Below are positions 49,701 to 62,467 of a stretch of 64,000 bases of DNA, piece after piece (the first letter of the stretch is position 1; each line of letters begins with the position of its first letter). Source of the stretch: Ylistrum balloti (taxonomy: Eukaryota); assembly GCF_031769215.1 (NCBI RefSeq), contig NW_026782284.1, positions 558,001 through 622,000 of the forward strand, written 5' to 3'. The position numbers and the translations under genes were made by a program. The notes beneath the pieces were generated by a model, which was given only the letters and a program-made list of their open reading frames with translations, was not told where the DNA came from and did not search any database.

Positions 49701-52700
49701 TACCAACTCTGACAGATTGATAATCAAAACAATTAATACGAAGTCACCAATATATCTCCTATGATGATCTGGTCAAATTGAAGCAAATCAAACAAATATT
49801 TAGTACTTTGATTCTGAATCTGAGTGAGATTAATATATGAAACTAGAAAATATCTGTAGGACACTGACACCCCTCTCCACCTCACTGTAAATTTTTGATG
49901 AATAAACAGAAGATGTCCAACCTGAGGTTTCCCCCTATTACCCCTGACCAATAATACTTTAATATAACTAACATTAATAGATGTAAAACTGGTATGTTAT
50001 AATACTATGGGGTAAATATAAACCAAATTTTCGTGTATATATTCTCATAAATTGATTTAGAATAGAACAAGATGAGACAGACTGCGACAGTACAGACAGA
50101 TAAGGTTAATACTGTATATCCCCTAATCCTTACAACATAGCATGACAAAGTATACAAACCTCCATGATATCAGGGTCTATGAAGTCAGCCACATTATGGC
50201 CCTGCCAGATCTCGGGGATGACATCATATGTTTGCTCTTTTTTGGCTAAATCCCATGTTTCTGTAATATAAAGAAACAATGAATAGACAAAATTCCTAAC
50301 ACTAAATGAGAGGAAAGGAAAAAACTACACTTACTACTGGAAAATTATATCTGCAAATTTTATTTGTGAATTTAGTCAAACCAATAACTCATACAGATGT
50401 AGAGAGTTTGGTTTATTGTTGTTTGATGTCCTACAGCCAGGGTCATGTAAGCATGTGCCAGGTTTGTGGAAGAAAGTTCCCAGAAAAAAACACTAACCTG
50501 CAGCCAGTACCTGGTGATTGCCATGTAGGCCCTAAACCCAGAGGTGAAGGGCTAGTGATAAAGTCAATTAGATGCCTTAACTACTCCACCAGCTAAAATC
50601 AACACTTACTTCTAAGATCAACACTTACTTCTAAGATCAACACTTACTTCTAAGATCAACACTTACTTCTAAAATCAACACTTACTTCTAAGATCAACAC
50701 TTACTTCTAAGATCAACACTTACTTCTAAAATCAACACTTACTTCTAAGATCAACACTTACTTCTAATCTAAGATCAACACTTACTTCTAAGATCTAGGT
50801 AGTAATCATCTCCCTGTTCCAGTTCTATGTCTCGCTCCTGTAAAATGAATGTGTCTCACGTAATTAATTAAAGGAATTTCTCATTTGATTATGAAAATTC
50901 TATTTCTAATAATAAGAATTATGTATCTATACAGACTCTTTCACAAGTTTCATATAAATGTGACTTCTGACACAAATGTAAGTACAGAATCTTTCACAAG
51001 TTTCATATAAATGTGACTTCCGACACAAATCTAAGAATTTTTTCATTTAACTGAGGATCAAGCGAGATATAATATAGATTTATTCTATCACATCAACACT
51101 TACTTTTGCATATTATTGGAGAAAATGTGCTTTTCCATCTAATTTTTTACATTATCTGACTGTTTATCTATAACTTCATTATGAAATCAGACATAGCATG
51201 TCAGTGATGTCATTTCATGGTCATCCCCTCACGCCACTATCTAATTACATAATTTAATATATATATATAGTATTATATCGGTGTAATTTTTCTATGAATA
51301 ACAAGGGAAAATATGGGTTTGTTTCCAATGGTATGGCAGAAAGATAAAACTCAGAGTTTATATTTATCAAAATCACCAACTAATAACAGGGAGAAATGGA
51401 CATTCACCAGAAAAGCATACAAACATGTGTTATATGAGGGCACCATGAGATGCAGTAACTTACTGTCTTTTTCTTGTTTTCTGTGTCCATTGCCTGTTCT
51501 TTTCTTTGGACTCCTGGTGGTATGTATGGCGGTCTCTCCTGTACACAATGGACAAGATTCTCATTGATTACATCCAGATAAATCATGTGATACAGACTCG
51601 AAGGCACACTGTCTTTCCTCTAGACATATCACATCAAAGGCCTGGCAAAAACTTTATTCCAAAATATAATACACTCAATTTGATAAAATGGGACCAGAAA
51701 GTTTCTGATAAATTATTACTTTGGTCTTTTTTTAGTACTCATACCTTGGTGTCCCTTTTAGCTGGCATGGCTACATGTAGTCTGTTCATTACATCTGACA
51801 CTTTCTTAAGTTTAATTTTCGTCTCGATCCTGTGAGCTAAAAGTCTTTCACATGCCTAAAGGAAAATAACAAGCAACTGCTTAAGAAATTCATGTTTTAT
51901 TTTTGTAAAATTTCACTATACAATTTTTTAATAACTTAAGCATGTATGATAAATGTATCAACTAACAAATCACTGCTGATAAAACTTTCAAAACAAAACA
52001 AGAATATCATAGCCAGTTATTTTCACAGGGACAATATTTTCCAATACATAAAAATGATCATGAAAATTTAGTTTGTGAAATAATGAGACGTCTGTATAAT
52101 ATGCTCTTTTATATTCAAATCACAAATTTCATTTTGTTGAAATATTCTTCAATTGTTTTAAAAGAAAACTGCAAAAATTTTGTCTCACAAAAATTACCAG
52201 CTACATGTAAAGAAGAGGTTATTACTTTAATTTACTTTATTTCTCTCATCATTCTTGAAATACAGTAAAAATCACCTTTTATAAACAAAAATGGGGACTA
52301 CAGGTATTAATAGAAGGAAGACACAAAATGACCTATTAATGTCACGAAGGTCAATAAGGAAAATAAGGCATCAGACAAATGGACAGAGATTTAGATAATC
52401 AAAATATTCTTGTGAAAACCAGGTATGGAAAACCATACTTACATCTGTTTTCACTTGCATGACTCCCTCCTCTGATAAAGTACTCATATGTAAAACTGGA
52501 ATACCCTCTTCTTCAAAATCTTTAAATATTTGCTGGAAAGAAAACAAAACATTTATACAATTTGTTCAAGTCAGGTTCAATCACAGTAAAATTATTTCTG
52601 TTGTATATTGGTAATATTGTTTTTTTATGACAGTAAAAAAAATCCATAATAATTTTGACCCAACAAACTAAGTATCTGAAATATTTTTTTCTATGACATC

Positions 52701-55700
52701 GATACTGATAATTTTCAGTATTCAGTTTATATAAATAACACTATATTTTATAGATATATATTTACCTGTTTCTCTTCTGGAAGTTCCTCTACTTTAGTAA
52801 CATCAATTTTGTTGGCAACAACTATCAGAGGTTTGTTTGTAAATAGAGGTTTTATACTGCTGAAGAGGTTAAGCTGAAAAATAGTATGAAATAATCCATA
52901 GGAAAAATTATTGATTTTTTTTCAACGTCAAACAGAAATATTCCTATGAATATGGTAAACTTTGACATCTGATAAGGAGAGTTTTCAGATTAATAGTAAA
53001 AAAGTTGCTCTATATACATCTCACTTATATGCAATGAATTTCACCAACATCCAGCATTTTGTAACTGAATTATACATGTTAAATTATGAATTTATATATA
53101 ATATTATAGTCCTATTAAATATTTAACAAGCTTAACTTGTGATGCTCAATCTTAATAGAAAACAATTTTGCTAAATCTGGAAAAAAAATGTACTCAGTTA
53201 CCTGTTGCTCTAGGGAGTGACCACACTGTTCAGACACATCCATGATGTACAGGACAGCTGACCGCAAATGGGCCAGAGCTGTAATTGCCTGCATTTCTAT
53301 TGTGTTTCTATCCTCTAGTGAATGGTCAAGAATTCCTGGTGTGTCAACGACCTGTAAAACAGCATTAATGAATGAGATAATGTCACTGTCTGAGTTACAG
53401 TAACTAACCCTTAGTCATTTAGGAACTTCCTAATGTTTTCATAAATTTTAAATTTCATCACCAGAAGCAGACACATAAATACACATTATCAGTCTAAATG
53501 CCAACTTTTCCAACCAACATTCTCATAAACTAAGTAAAAGATTTTATCATCCTCTGACACTTCTCACAGTTAACAATAACCATCAGACATCTTACACACC
53601 TGCCATCGTAGATATTTGTAGTCTGTATGGCCGACAAATAAGGATTTGGTTGTGAAGGCGTAGGGTTGCACTTCCACATCAGCTCGAGTTATCTGTGATA
53701 AGGAAACAAATATGTAAATAGACATGTTAGTTATTAAATGTTAATCAAGCGTGACTTTAATGACATTTCAGTCATTAGGAAATCAGATTATACATCATAC
53801 AGTATCAATGACTGCATTTAACTATACATCAAGTTTCACATCTCGGATTCATCTTTGTAAAGTACAAAATGTCTTTTAAATATGAATTCCTGTTTCTATG
53901 TAAACCATATTCTGCAGTAATTTTAGGATATTTGCAGTCAAGTCGAAAATTCCTATTCCAAAATTCTGATGACTCCCTCAAATAAGAGATATAGTGGATT
54001 CTCAAAATGTTAGTGACTCCTACAGGAAAAGCATGAGTCAAGGACTCAAATCTCTCAGTCCAAAATCTGATCAGGCAGAGGTCTTGATGTTTCGTGCACC
54101 AGCGTGTCAATGTAAACTGACCTTGTTGATGAAGCTGGACTTGCCGACGTTGGGGAAGCCACAGATAAGGAGTGTCCTGGTGTTGGGGTCTATGGATGGC
54201 AGACGAGAGAGATGTTGTCGTACCTGCTCCAGGTATTCCAAGCTTTGTTTCTGTCTCTTCATCACAGTACACATCCTGTAAAATAAAAAACCAGCACCTT
54301 ATTTAAAAATCAAACAAACTTAAACCTTCTTATTGCTAATTTTTTTCCAAAACATTGAAATTTATTGCAAATTCACTCCGCAATGAGTGATAATTCATAC
54401 ATTTTTACATTCATGCCATAAAACAATGTATGTTTTACATTTTAAAACTAATTTCTTTGGAAATAATGCTGCTCAAAAAACACTTACAGACATGGAAAGA
54501 ATATGTCTACTAACTCACCTTCCCAAGGCAGCTTTTTTGAGTTGTTTACACCTGTATAAGGAGTCTCCATACTTCAGGAGGCGGTAGTAGTCCTTAGCCA
54601 CACTACAATTAAGACAAGTTCAAATGAAGAAATGACAACTTGTAATTATGCTGTGATTGACACAAAACATTCAATACAGTTAGAAATATTTGTATTAATA
54701 AAATGTAGGACTACCAATGTAGTATCTCAGGTTGTTTAATTCATCTCTTTTTAAGTTTGTTGCTTCATCTATATCCATACAACATCCTGATATATGATAT
54801 AGATCAGTTCCCAGTAATCGCTACAAATTTTAATCATTTTATATCCAATTGTAATGAAAAAGTAATGAAAACTGCAATAATAACACATATACAAGCACAG
54901 GAAGAAAAGTGACTGTCATCCAGGTACTTTTATGTAACAGCAGAAAGAGGGAGGTAACTGTTAGGAGCAATAATACTCTAATTTAATTAACAGTTATTTT
55001 TTAAGTGTTTGCTTTTCGAATTTTCTACACTACTTTTGTAATTTATAAAATATATAAAAGATAAAAAATACAGTGAAAGAATACGGATATTGATTGTTAG
55101 CAAGATGGATAATAAATGTAGACTGTACTTGTCAATGAGGTGTCGAGCGGTGTTGATCTGTCCAAGAGCGAGCTTGTAATGATCCTTGTCATAAAGGACA
55201 TTCATCAGGTCAGCGTAGAAGGGATGGACATCCTGAAAAAAAATATAGTATGTACTACCATAATCAATCCTACACATTGTATTCTGTATATTGACAGTAA
55301 ATTCTGGTGATTTATCTGACTTAAAATATAACCTTGTATATGTGTTTACACTGTAACATATCAGAAAAAGGTATCTGACCGTCTATGTAGAAGAGATCTT
55401 TACTTACAGTCTTTCCTTAAAACATTGTCAAATGTGAATTTCCATTTTGACTCATATCAACAGAGACATGTTATATTTTACGATACATTTTACAATATCT
55501 AGAAAAAAGTCATCTCATCATGCATTTTAACAAATATTGATTTTGACATTTGTCAAATTGTGAAAGATTAAGACCAGTTTTAATTCATGAGAGAAAAATA
55601 CAATAAAGTCACCAAGTTTCCAATACTTACCTCAAGTTTGGGAAATTCTTGTATGATCTGGGTAAACTTGTCGTGAAATGTCTGAGAGGCAAATTTGACT

Positions 55701-57006
55701 TTTCGCATGTAAAAAGTCCTTATTCTGGAGATCTTGTAGTGTTTGTGTACAACTGTTGGTGTCTTACGTTGGGTTTTAGATAAAACAATATCTACAAAGT
55801 CCTGAAATAGAAACATCAGAAGATGTCAATTTCATTACCAGCGAAGTACAACACAATGTTCTGTTGTGTTTGAATGGATTAATGTAAACTTGTGACTCAA
55901 TTCTGTCAAATTCAAGGGGTTTTACACATATAAGTCTAGTCTTTTACAGGAAGAGTGATTTTTTTGTTTCAGCTTGAGCATAAAAAAAATTGGATTCACT
56001 TCAACTCCTTTCAAAAGATTGTCAACTCAGAAACATTTATGGAAATTAAAGTAATTAAGTTCATATATAGAATACCTATTAAAATGACACTTTCAGACTC
56101 ACCATTCATATGCAATGTTAAATGGATAATAAATAATAATTGCCAATATCATTTATGTACAACATGATAAGTTAAGCTAAAGCACTTATTGTCTATTGAC
56201 TTATTGTTTTTCTTTCCAACGATTTCAACACAATTGTTATAAGATTAAATTAAATCAGAAGAATGTAGATAAAAGCAATCTAAAAATAGATTCACACACC
56301 TGCTCATAACTTTAATGTAACTGCATACTGACATTGTGTGGTTTCTAGACTATGTTTAGTTAAATATCCTTCTTGTAGAGATTGTTATTAATTGATTGTA
56401 TGTTAATGAATCAGTGTTTCCTTTAAATCCTCGGAGTTGAGATAATGCATTTTAGCTATAATACAGCATCTTACTAGTTAGCGAACTCCCTCAGAGAGTC
56501 GAGCGACTCAACTTCATAATTCCAATTGAATTCTCATTCATTCGTCTGTTCAACATATCACAGATATTTGAATTCAAATTCTGAATGTAAATTGAGAAAT
56601 ATATATAACATATGAAGACTTATAAAAACGATATGTGATATTTCTCTATTTACACTCAGAATTTCAAAGACCTTGAAACACATGTTCATCATTTTAACAA
56701 AAACCATACTGTGTACATGCCAATGGCATTGATAAGAAGTCTTGACAATTAACTGCGAATACTGTAGACATATTCGAAAACCACTCAACAACAAATATAT
56801 TACATTCTTTTGAAAAGGTACAAGGCATGAAATTATAAACAAAATTTTGAATGAAACGTCTCGAAGTTTGGAGACAATATTCTTCGGTATTTTAGGACCT
56901 TTGTCATAACAGCTGTTTAATTCCATCATGAATTCAACATAACACTGAGAATACATACCTTTGCAGGTGGTACGACCGTGATTTTCTTAAAATTATAGTG
57001 AGCCAT
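46754..57006 (-). CDS. GTPBP4: GTP-binding protein 4 / nucleolar GTP-binding protein 1 (NOG1), complete, 17 exons
   Basis: Exons (minus): 57006-56959, 55801-55631, 55232-55129, 54602-54519, 54275-54122, 53692-53600, 53351-53202, 52873-52766, 52532-52443, 51855-51745, 51538-51464, 50837-50786, 50260-50160, 49284-49172, 48743-48596, 47621-47469, 46906-46754. All GT-AG; sum 1908 nt = 635 aa plus stop. Motifs [18 protein letters not shown] (G1), YAFTT (G2), DTPG (G3), NKID (G4), C-terminal [11 protein letters not shown]. Confidence 0.98.
47945..48595 (-). repeat. Degenerate ~60-70-bp repeats derived from the NOG1 exon15/intron15 junction
   Basis: About 10 copies of (minus) ..GGAAGGA GTGAGTTATCTCCCTGTCTGAGAATGTAAGG, matching the true junction GGAAGGG|GTGAGTTATTTCCCTTGTCTGAGAATGTAAGG. 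Confidence 0.85.
50410..50592 (-). mobile_element. Decayed tRNA-derived SINE
   Basis: Minus strand begins GCTGGTGGAGTAGTTAAGG (A-box-like), then a degenerate B-box GGGTTTAGGGCC, and ends GGACATCAAACAACAATAAAC. Confidence 0.6.
50595..50789 (-). repeat. 19-bp minisatellite x10 comprising the NOG1 exon12 end and 5' splice site
   Basis: Minus unit GATCTTAGAA|GTAAGTGTT is identical to the real junction ...CTA GAT CTT AGA A|GTAAGT at 50786. Confidence 0.95.
50933..51030. repeat. Short direct duplication (~45 bp)
   Basis: CTTTCACAAGTTTTCATATAAATGTGACTTC(T/C)GACACAAAT x2. Confidence 0.85.
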
Positions 57007-57529
57007 CGTTGATGGATGGTGAAATTATCAGCTCACATGTGGAAAGGAAGTAGTGGGTTGTCAAACGGAGCGACGTGAATCCTCAGTAATGATTGGCTGT
57101 TATTCCTTGAACAATATATAGGGAGCACACCAGTAAAACGTAGACTTACGGGGAACAGTTCCATGAAAATGTACTCGTTGGCATGAATACTACCGCAGTA
57201 CAAGTACATATCAATTTATTTAACAAATGATAGTTCATGGTATTAGAACATTCTAAATACTAAGTACTCTGATGTACTAATAAATTTATAGCATATGTTA
57301 TATCAGAGACGTATGTGATATATACGTCTCTGGTCTCTGGTTATATGAATACTGTATCATTTCTAAAATTTAAACCAAACCCCACTTCATATTAATTGAA
57401 CACAATTTAACAAAGAATTGAAAGCTGAAACGATATTTATCGTAAACCAAGTGAAAAATCTTGACACTTAACAAAACTAATAACAGTTAATCCTATATTA
57501 ACAGGGTATGTAGTGGGTTCGTGTAATTG

Positions 57530-57700
57530 TTGGATCTATCGCTCTGTCAACAGTCATGGTTATTTTGAGGTATTTAGTTCCTTGTAAAATAATCGGAGGT
57601 TACTCCACTGAACAACATGCAACTTGCGACCGGGTAGTGCCTTGCCAAAGGACACAGCCATGACAGCACAGGAAGGGACTAATGAGTCAAACACCGTCAG
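57530..57700. mobile_element. Probable SINE remnant
   Basis: Contains TGTCAACAG...GTGCCTTGCCAAAGGACACA, similar to the conserved TGTCTTGCCCAAGGACACA SINE central-domain motif. Confidence 0.35.
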
Positions 57701-57789
57701 ATTGCATTGCAGTACTCCAATAATATAATAAAGTACTGTGACTATTAAGGAACGACAGCTCTGGTAAATATTGCCATTGGGTGTCTATT

Positions 57790-58385
57790 TCCTCTTCGAA
57801 AGGAAAGACACGACGGACTCTTCTACATCGGTTGCTTATCTCGATTTTTTTTTCTCACAACGAAACCAACATGGATAGTTTTCCACCGAGTTGTATGATA
57901 ACGTGATTTCAATTCCCCTGTTGTGAATTTTCCATTGCTGGATAGCAATACCCTTATGGTATTTACATGTCACAGTTTATACGATATTCAAGGGCCAGTT
58001 CTCATTATCACGATCTCCATCAACTGACGGACAAACTCTTAACTCAGGGATTCAAAAGATGCAGGTTGATGAAAATTATAGGGAAGTTTTATGTTCTATT
58101 TCTTTGTATGATATGAAGCTGGATGTGATTGGTGCTCGTTATTTACCTGTTGGTTACGTTGTTGTATTCATTTGATAACGTGACATCACTTACTTAGATT
58201 GACAAAGGTTTGCATGGCGAGTGTTGTCGATGAAGCAGAAGTTTACTTTTCCTGAACACATGGCCTTATTCTTCTTGTTCTTTTTTCAGGAAACTCAGCG
58301 TAAATCTTTCTTTTGTTCATAGTTTGCCCCAATTTTATGAAATTTGAGTTTGGATTATGATTATGTTGCCATGTTGGTATTTTCT
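57790..58385 (+). mobile_element. 5'-truncated, decayed Penelope-like (Naiad-type) retroelement
   Basis: Broken frames give KDTTDSSTSVAYLD..., ELYD..FNSPVVNFPLLDSN.., YGIYMSQFIRYSRASSHYHD, DKLLTQGFKRCRLMKIIGKFY, i.e. the PLE RT palm/thumb. Followed by the tail shared with 18500-18690. Confidence 0.7.
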
Positions 58386-58642
58386 CTCCGGTTTTTAATT
58401 AGCAATGTGCTGTATACAGCTGCGTCAGAGGCGATACCAGCTAGCGTTGTGGCCGTTTAGATTTATTATTTCACTTCTGAAATCGTGTCGGTCTGGAAGA
58501 GCACACGTCTTTCATTTACTATTATAAACTCTAACCATATCTTTCATTTTTCTCAATTTTCAAAGAAATAAACCAAATCTCCCGCGCGGTTAAGATGTCC
58601 TATGAATCCGGAAGCGTACAAGAGAAGTCACATGACATGAAA

Positions 58643-61600
58643 ATGGCGAGCCAAAACATTGCGGTGTTTGGTGTGTTAACACTATCGTTGTGTTGTTTTT
58701 GCTACGGAGGTGTCGTCACAGTAGACCTAAATGGAAACTGGACGGTACGAGATGAAAACAGAGGTAAGTCATGTTACGTTTGAAGCTTGTTGATACGATA
58801 TTCTTCGTGTTTCCCACTTCTAAACTGAGACGGATGCATGCCGCTTATAGGCGTACGGCTAATTACAGGAGTACAGAGGATCAAGCAAACCTAGTATGTC
58901 GGGCTTGGGAGCTCACATATTGGAACAATTTCATGCACAATACAGACGCACTCCTGACTTGTATATGTTGTCACTGGGCAATATTAAGACGGAAATGTCA
59001 ACACCATTCTGTTTCACCAGGAATGTACATGTAAGATATAGGGAGGCGGCCTATCTCCTTGTAAAGATACATATGTACAGCTAAGTCAGCTATATCCTTG
59101 TTGTGTTGGTACACAAGCTCCCCCTAGCATACATGACTAACACATTCGATTTAAAATGGACTAGAAAGCTGGATAAATTTTAAACTGACCATGCTATTTT
59201 TTGTGATAATTTCTATATATTATATTTGATATTTTCAAATTAAAAATGTTTAATAAGTTATTTATGACTGAAATATCAGACCATATGGAATAAAACCTCC
59301 AGCTAAAATAGGAAAATATTGTTTATCAAATCAATGATATTACAAAGCCAAGTGTTTTTTTATTTGGCACATATTTTTATGATAAATCATTTTGATTTAT
59401 ATTATTTTTGTTAGGAAAATGGGCTCACTTATCACTGATTGACAAAATGGCTCTGATAGTGTGGCGTGAAAATTAACTGTAGCATATAATAGAATGGAGC
59501 ACCTGTAGATGAGATTAGTTAAACCCGTGAGAAGACTTCAATGACTGCATGACTGGGTTAACAAACATGAAAGCTGACACAAGATTTTAGCCTCCACTGG
59601 GTTTGCTTACCATTCTATGCATTATAAGTCTTTAATTTCATTTGACAGATTGATATGTTATTGTATGATGTCAATAACTTATATTAAAAACTTGCAACAG
59701 GTTTAATATTTCCTTATGTTTACACAATTTATATACAAATTAAAGTGTGTTTGGTAAGTTAATATTCAACCACTATAAGTTTGTAACCTACCAACTATTT
59801 TACCTGGGTTTGATACAGTTTATGACCTAATTACTGTATATAACTATACATGTAATGTAAAACTCACACTGCCTATGAGTTCACGCATTGTAATCAATAC
59901 TACATGTATGAGATGCAACTTTTGCTGTGAGTATTCTCTCAAGCCAAAAGAATTTTTTCTTTTATCCAACATGGTTGCACCACTTTGGGTTATCATACAT
60001 AATACCATAAAGCACTAGTGTACATTGTGACCTTTCTGTGTTTCAAGTTATGTTACCTTTCTATTACAGGTATATCTGTTACTGGGAAGGTGCCTGGAAA
60101 CATGTATACAGCCCTCATGGAGAGTAACATGATTCATGACCCGTATTACAGGAAAAATGACGAAGAGTATCGTTGGATTTCCAGGGATGACTGGTCATAC
60201 AGTCGTACATTTCAAGGTTTCTGTTTTGATTTTTGTTTTTGTTTATTCAATTATTCCTTTGAAAAGCATGTTTGGCCTGACTATGTGGCTTTGACAGTTA
60301 AATAGTCATCATTGTTTATATATTTGAATCTGATGATCAAAGTACACATTGTATAATCTACTGGTTTGGTCATTTTTCAGGTTTCTGGCTTTTTTTATTT
60401 TTTTTTTGTTTATTTATTAACTCTTTCTTTTAAAAACATTATATTTCTACAAGTGAATGTTGATCCTACATACACACACTGTCAGTCATTATCCCAAAAT
60501 GTGTTGAAGTGACTATTTGAAATGATTAACACCGTAATGTATAAAAAGGATATGATTAGAATGTTTTGATTAAAGATATTCATTTCATAACTGATAAAAG
60601 ACATTATAACATTTAAATATCTGTTAAAAATTGTGCACTTCCTGTTAATTATGATATTTTAAAGTTTGCATAACCATTTTGATTAACAACATTGTCTTTG
60701 AGCATGCAATTTTAGATTGATTAAAATTCATTTACTTCTGTCATACGTAAAGCATGAAACAAGAGGCCATTTTACAAAATAAGAATTGAAACATTGCTGG
60801 CAAATAAAGTATTGGCTAATTACATAATTATACATGGTAAGAAATCATATCAAGTTAAAACAAGGCTCTGAAAGGTCACTATCTCTCACCCTATATATGT
60901 ATTGTATTCTTGTGGTATAATGAACAAGTGACTATGGGTGAATGTGTGTGTGCATGTATGAATGACTTGGATAAAACATTTAGATGGATGACATATACGT
61001 ATTGTATATGATAATAACGTGCACTAGAGATATGAGGATGTATGGTAATGAAGGTGGTTATAATGATAATGAGGTGAATAGTGATGACAGGCATGTATAC
61101 ATATTCATTGTAAGAATAATAGAATGTCATGGGTGGATGGATAGATGGATGATGGATGGATGATGGATAGATGTCTTGTTTTGTACAATTATGTCAAAAT
61201 CTTTCAAAAATAAAAAAAAATGTAAAAAAAAAAAAAAAAGGCTCTGAAAGGTCACATGATGAACTTTGCTATCGCCGATCAAAACAGCGATGGGTGGTAG
61301 ACACAACAGCGAGTGTCAACTAGCTTCCTTTTTTAAGTTGATAATCATTATCAATTTCTCTCAGAGAGTTATAATTTTGTGGAGAGTCTAATTTTAAGTA
61401 TTACAATGCTTGCCTGAAATCAAACTCATGGGAAAAAATAACGAAATTTAGCCATTCAATTAGTCCCTTGAAACAAATTGGCCCAGAATGACAGTCTAGC
61501 CTGAGAACTTATAATCAGTGTAGTTGTAGTATTTTAATTTTCAGGTGACATCGGAGCACCGTTTTCAAAATTTTGATAGATATCTTTATTGAATTATTGA

Positions 61601-62467
61601 GAGCATATATAAAATGTAGACAAGTTCAGTGGGAAAAAAAACTTGTGACCCCTTTGTCCCAAACCTGATACGATGAATTACATTTATGTTAGCACTAATT
61701 TATCGGGTGCTGATTAGCCAAGATTTATCACTTATTCAAAATTAACATGAAAAAAAAGTGACACATGTTGTGAGTCTTAATATTAAGTCAGGAGAAAGAA
61801 CAATGACAACATCAAATTGTTATCATGGTAGAGGTGTATTATAACTAACCTTTTTATCATTTATAGTGACCAGTGAAATGCTAGGACAGAACACCCTTGA
61901 GCTAGTCTGTGATGGGTTAGATACTGTGGCTGTGATCTTTATCAATGGTCATGTCATTGGTCAGTCAGACAATATGTTTGTCCGTTATATATTCAACATC
62001 AAACAGGCTGCTGTTGTAAGTACTAGTTTCTTACCTGTTAATACTACTGAAATGTATTGTTGTGTGTCATTCATGAATTATCTTTCCACGTTTTGTAAGT
62101 GTAGTCATTTACCAGAGGATTCTCCTTACTTTTCCAGATTCTTTATGAGTTGACCTGCCTACAGGCCCTGTTAATCTGTGACACACTCATTGTGTTTTTG
62201 CTACTTTTTATTCCTTTATAATTGCTGGTAAACCTGGTCTATATTTGTCTCTCTCTAATATTCACAGGTTGGTACAAATACTATAAAAATATCTTTCAAA
62301 TCAGCTGTAAAGTATGCTGCCCAGCAGGCAGCAAATGGGGAGTATGTTGTTCCCCCGGAATGTCCCGTCCCTTCATATCATGGAGATTGTCATGCCAACA
62401 TGATCAGGAAGATGCAGAGTTCATTCAGCTGGGACTGGGGTCCATCATTTCCTACACAGGGAATATG
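58643..62467 (+). CDS. MANBA: Beta-mannosidase (GH2), exons 1-4, partial (continues beyond the window)
   Basis: Exons 58643(or 58637)-58763, 60070-60216, 61867-62015, 62268-62467. Signal peptide, [76 protein letters not shown]. Confidence 0.96.
60862..61255. mobile_element. Insertion-like segment with (GGAT)n and an A-tail, flanked by an 18-bp direct repeat
   Basis: AAGGCTCTGAAAGGTCAC at 60862-60879 and 61238-61255. Poly(A)-rich tract at 61206-61239. Confidence 0.5.

Noticed and set aside
51540-51625. Alternative NOG1 acceptor near 51620
   Set aside because: Leads to an in-frame stop; the acceptor at 51539 gives the conserved ERPPYIP.
53829-54281. 147-aa (-) and 95-aa (+) ORFs
   Set aside because: Off-frame or antisense readings over NOG1 exon 5 and intron.
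48744-56958. Intronic snoRNAs in NOG1
   Set aside because: No convincing RUGAUGA...CUGA pair with a terminal stem found by eye; snoscan or Infernal would be needed.
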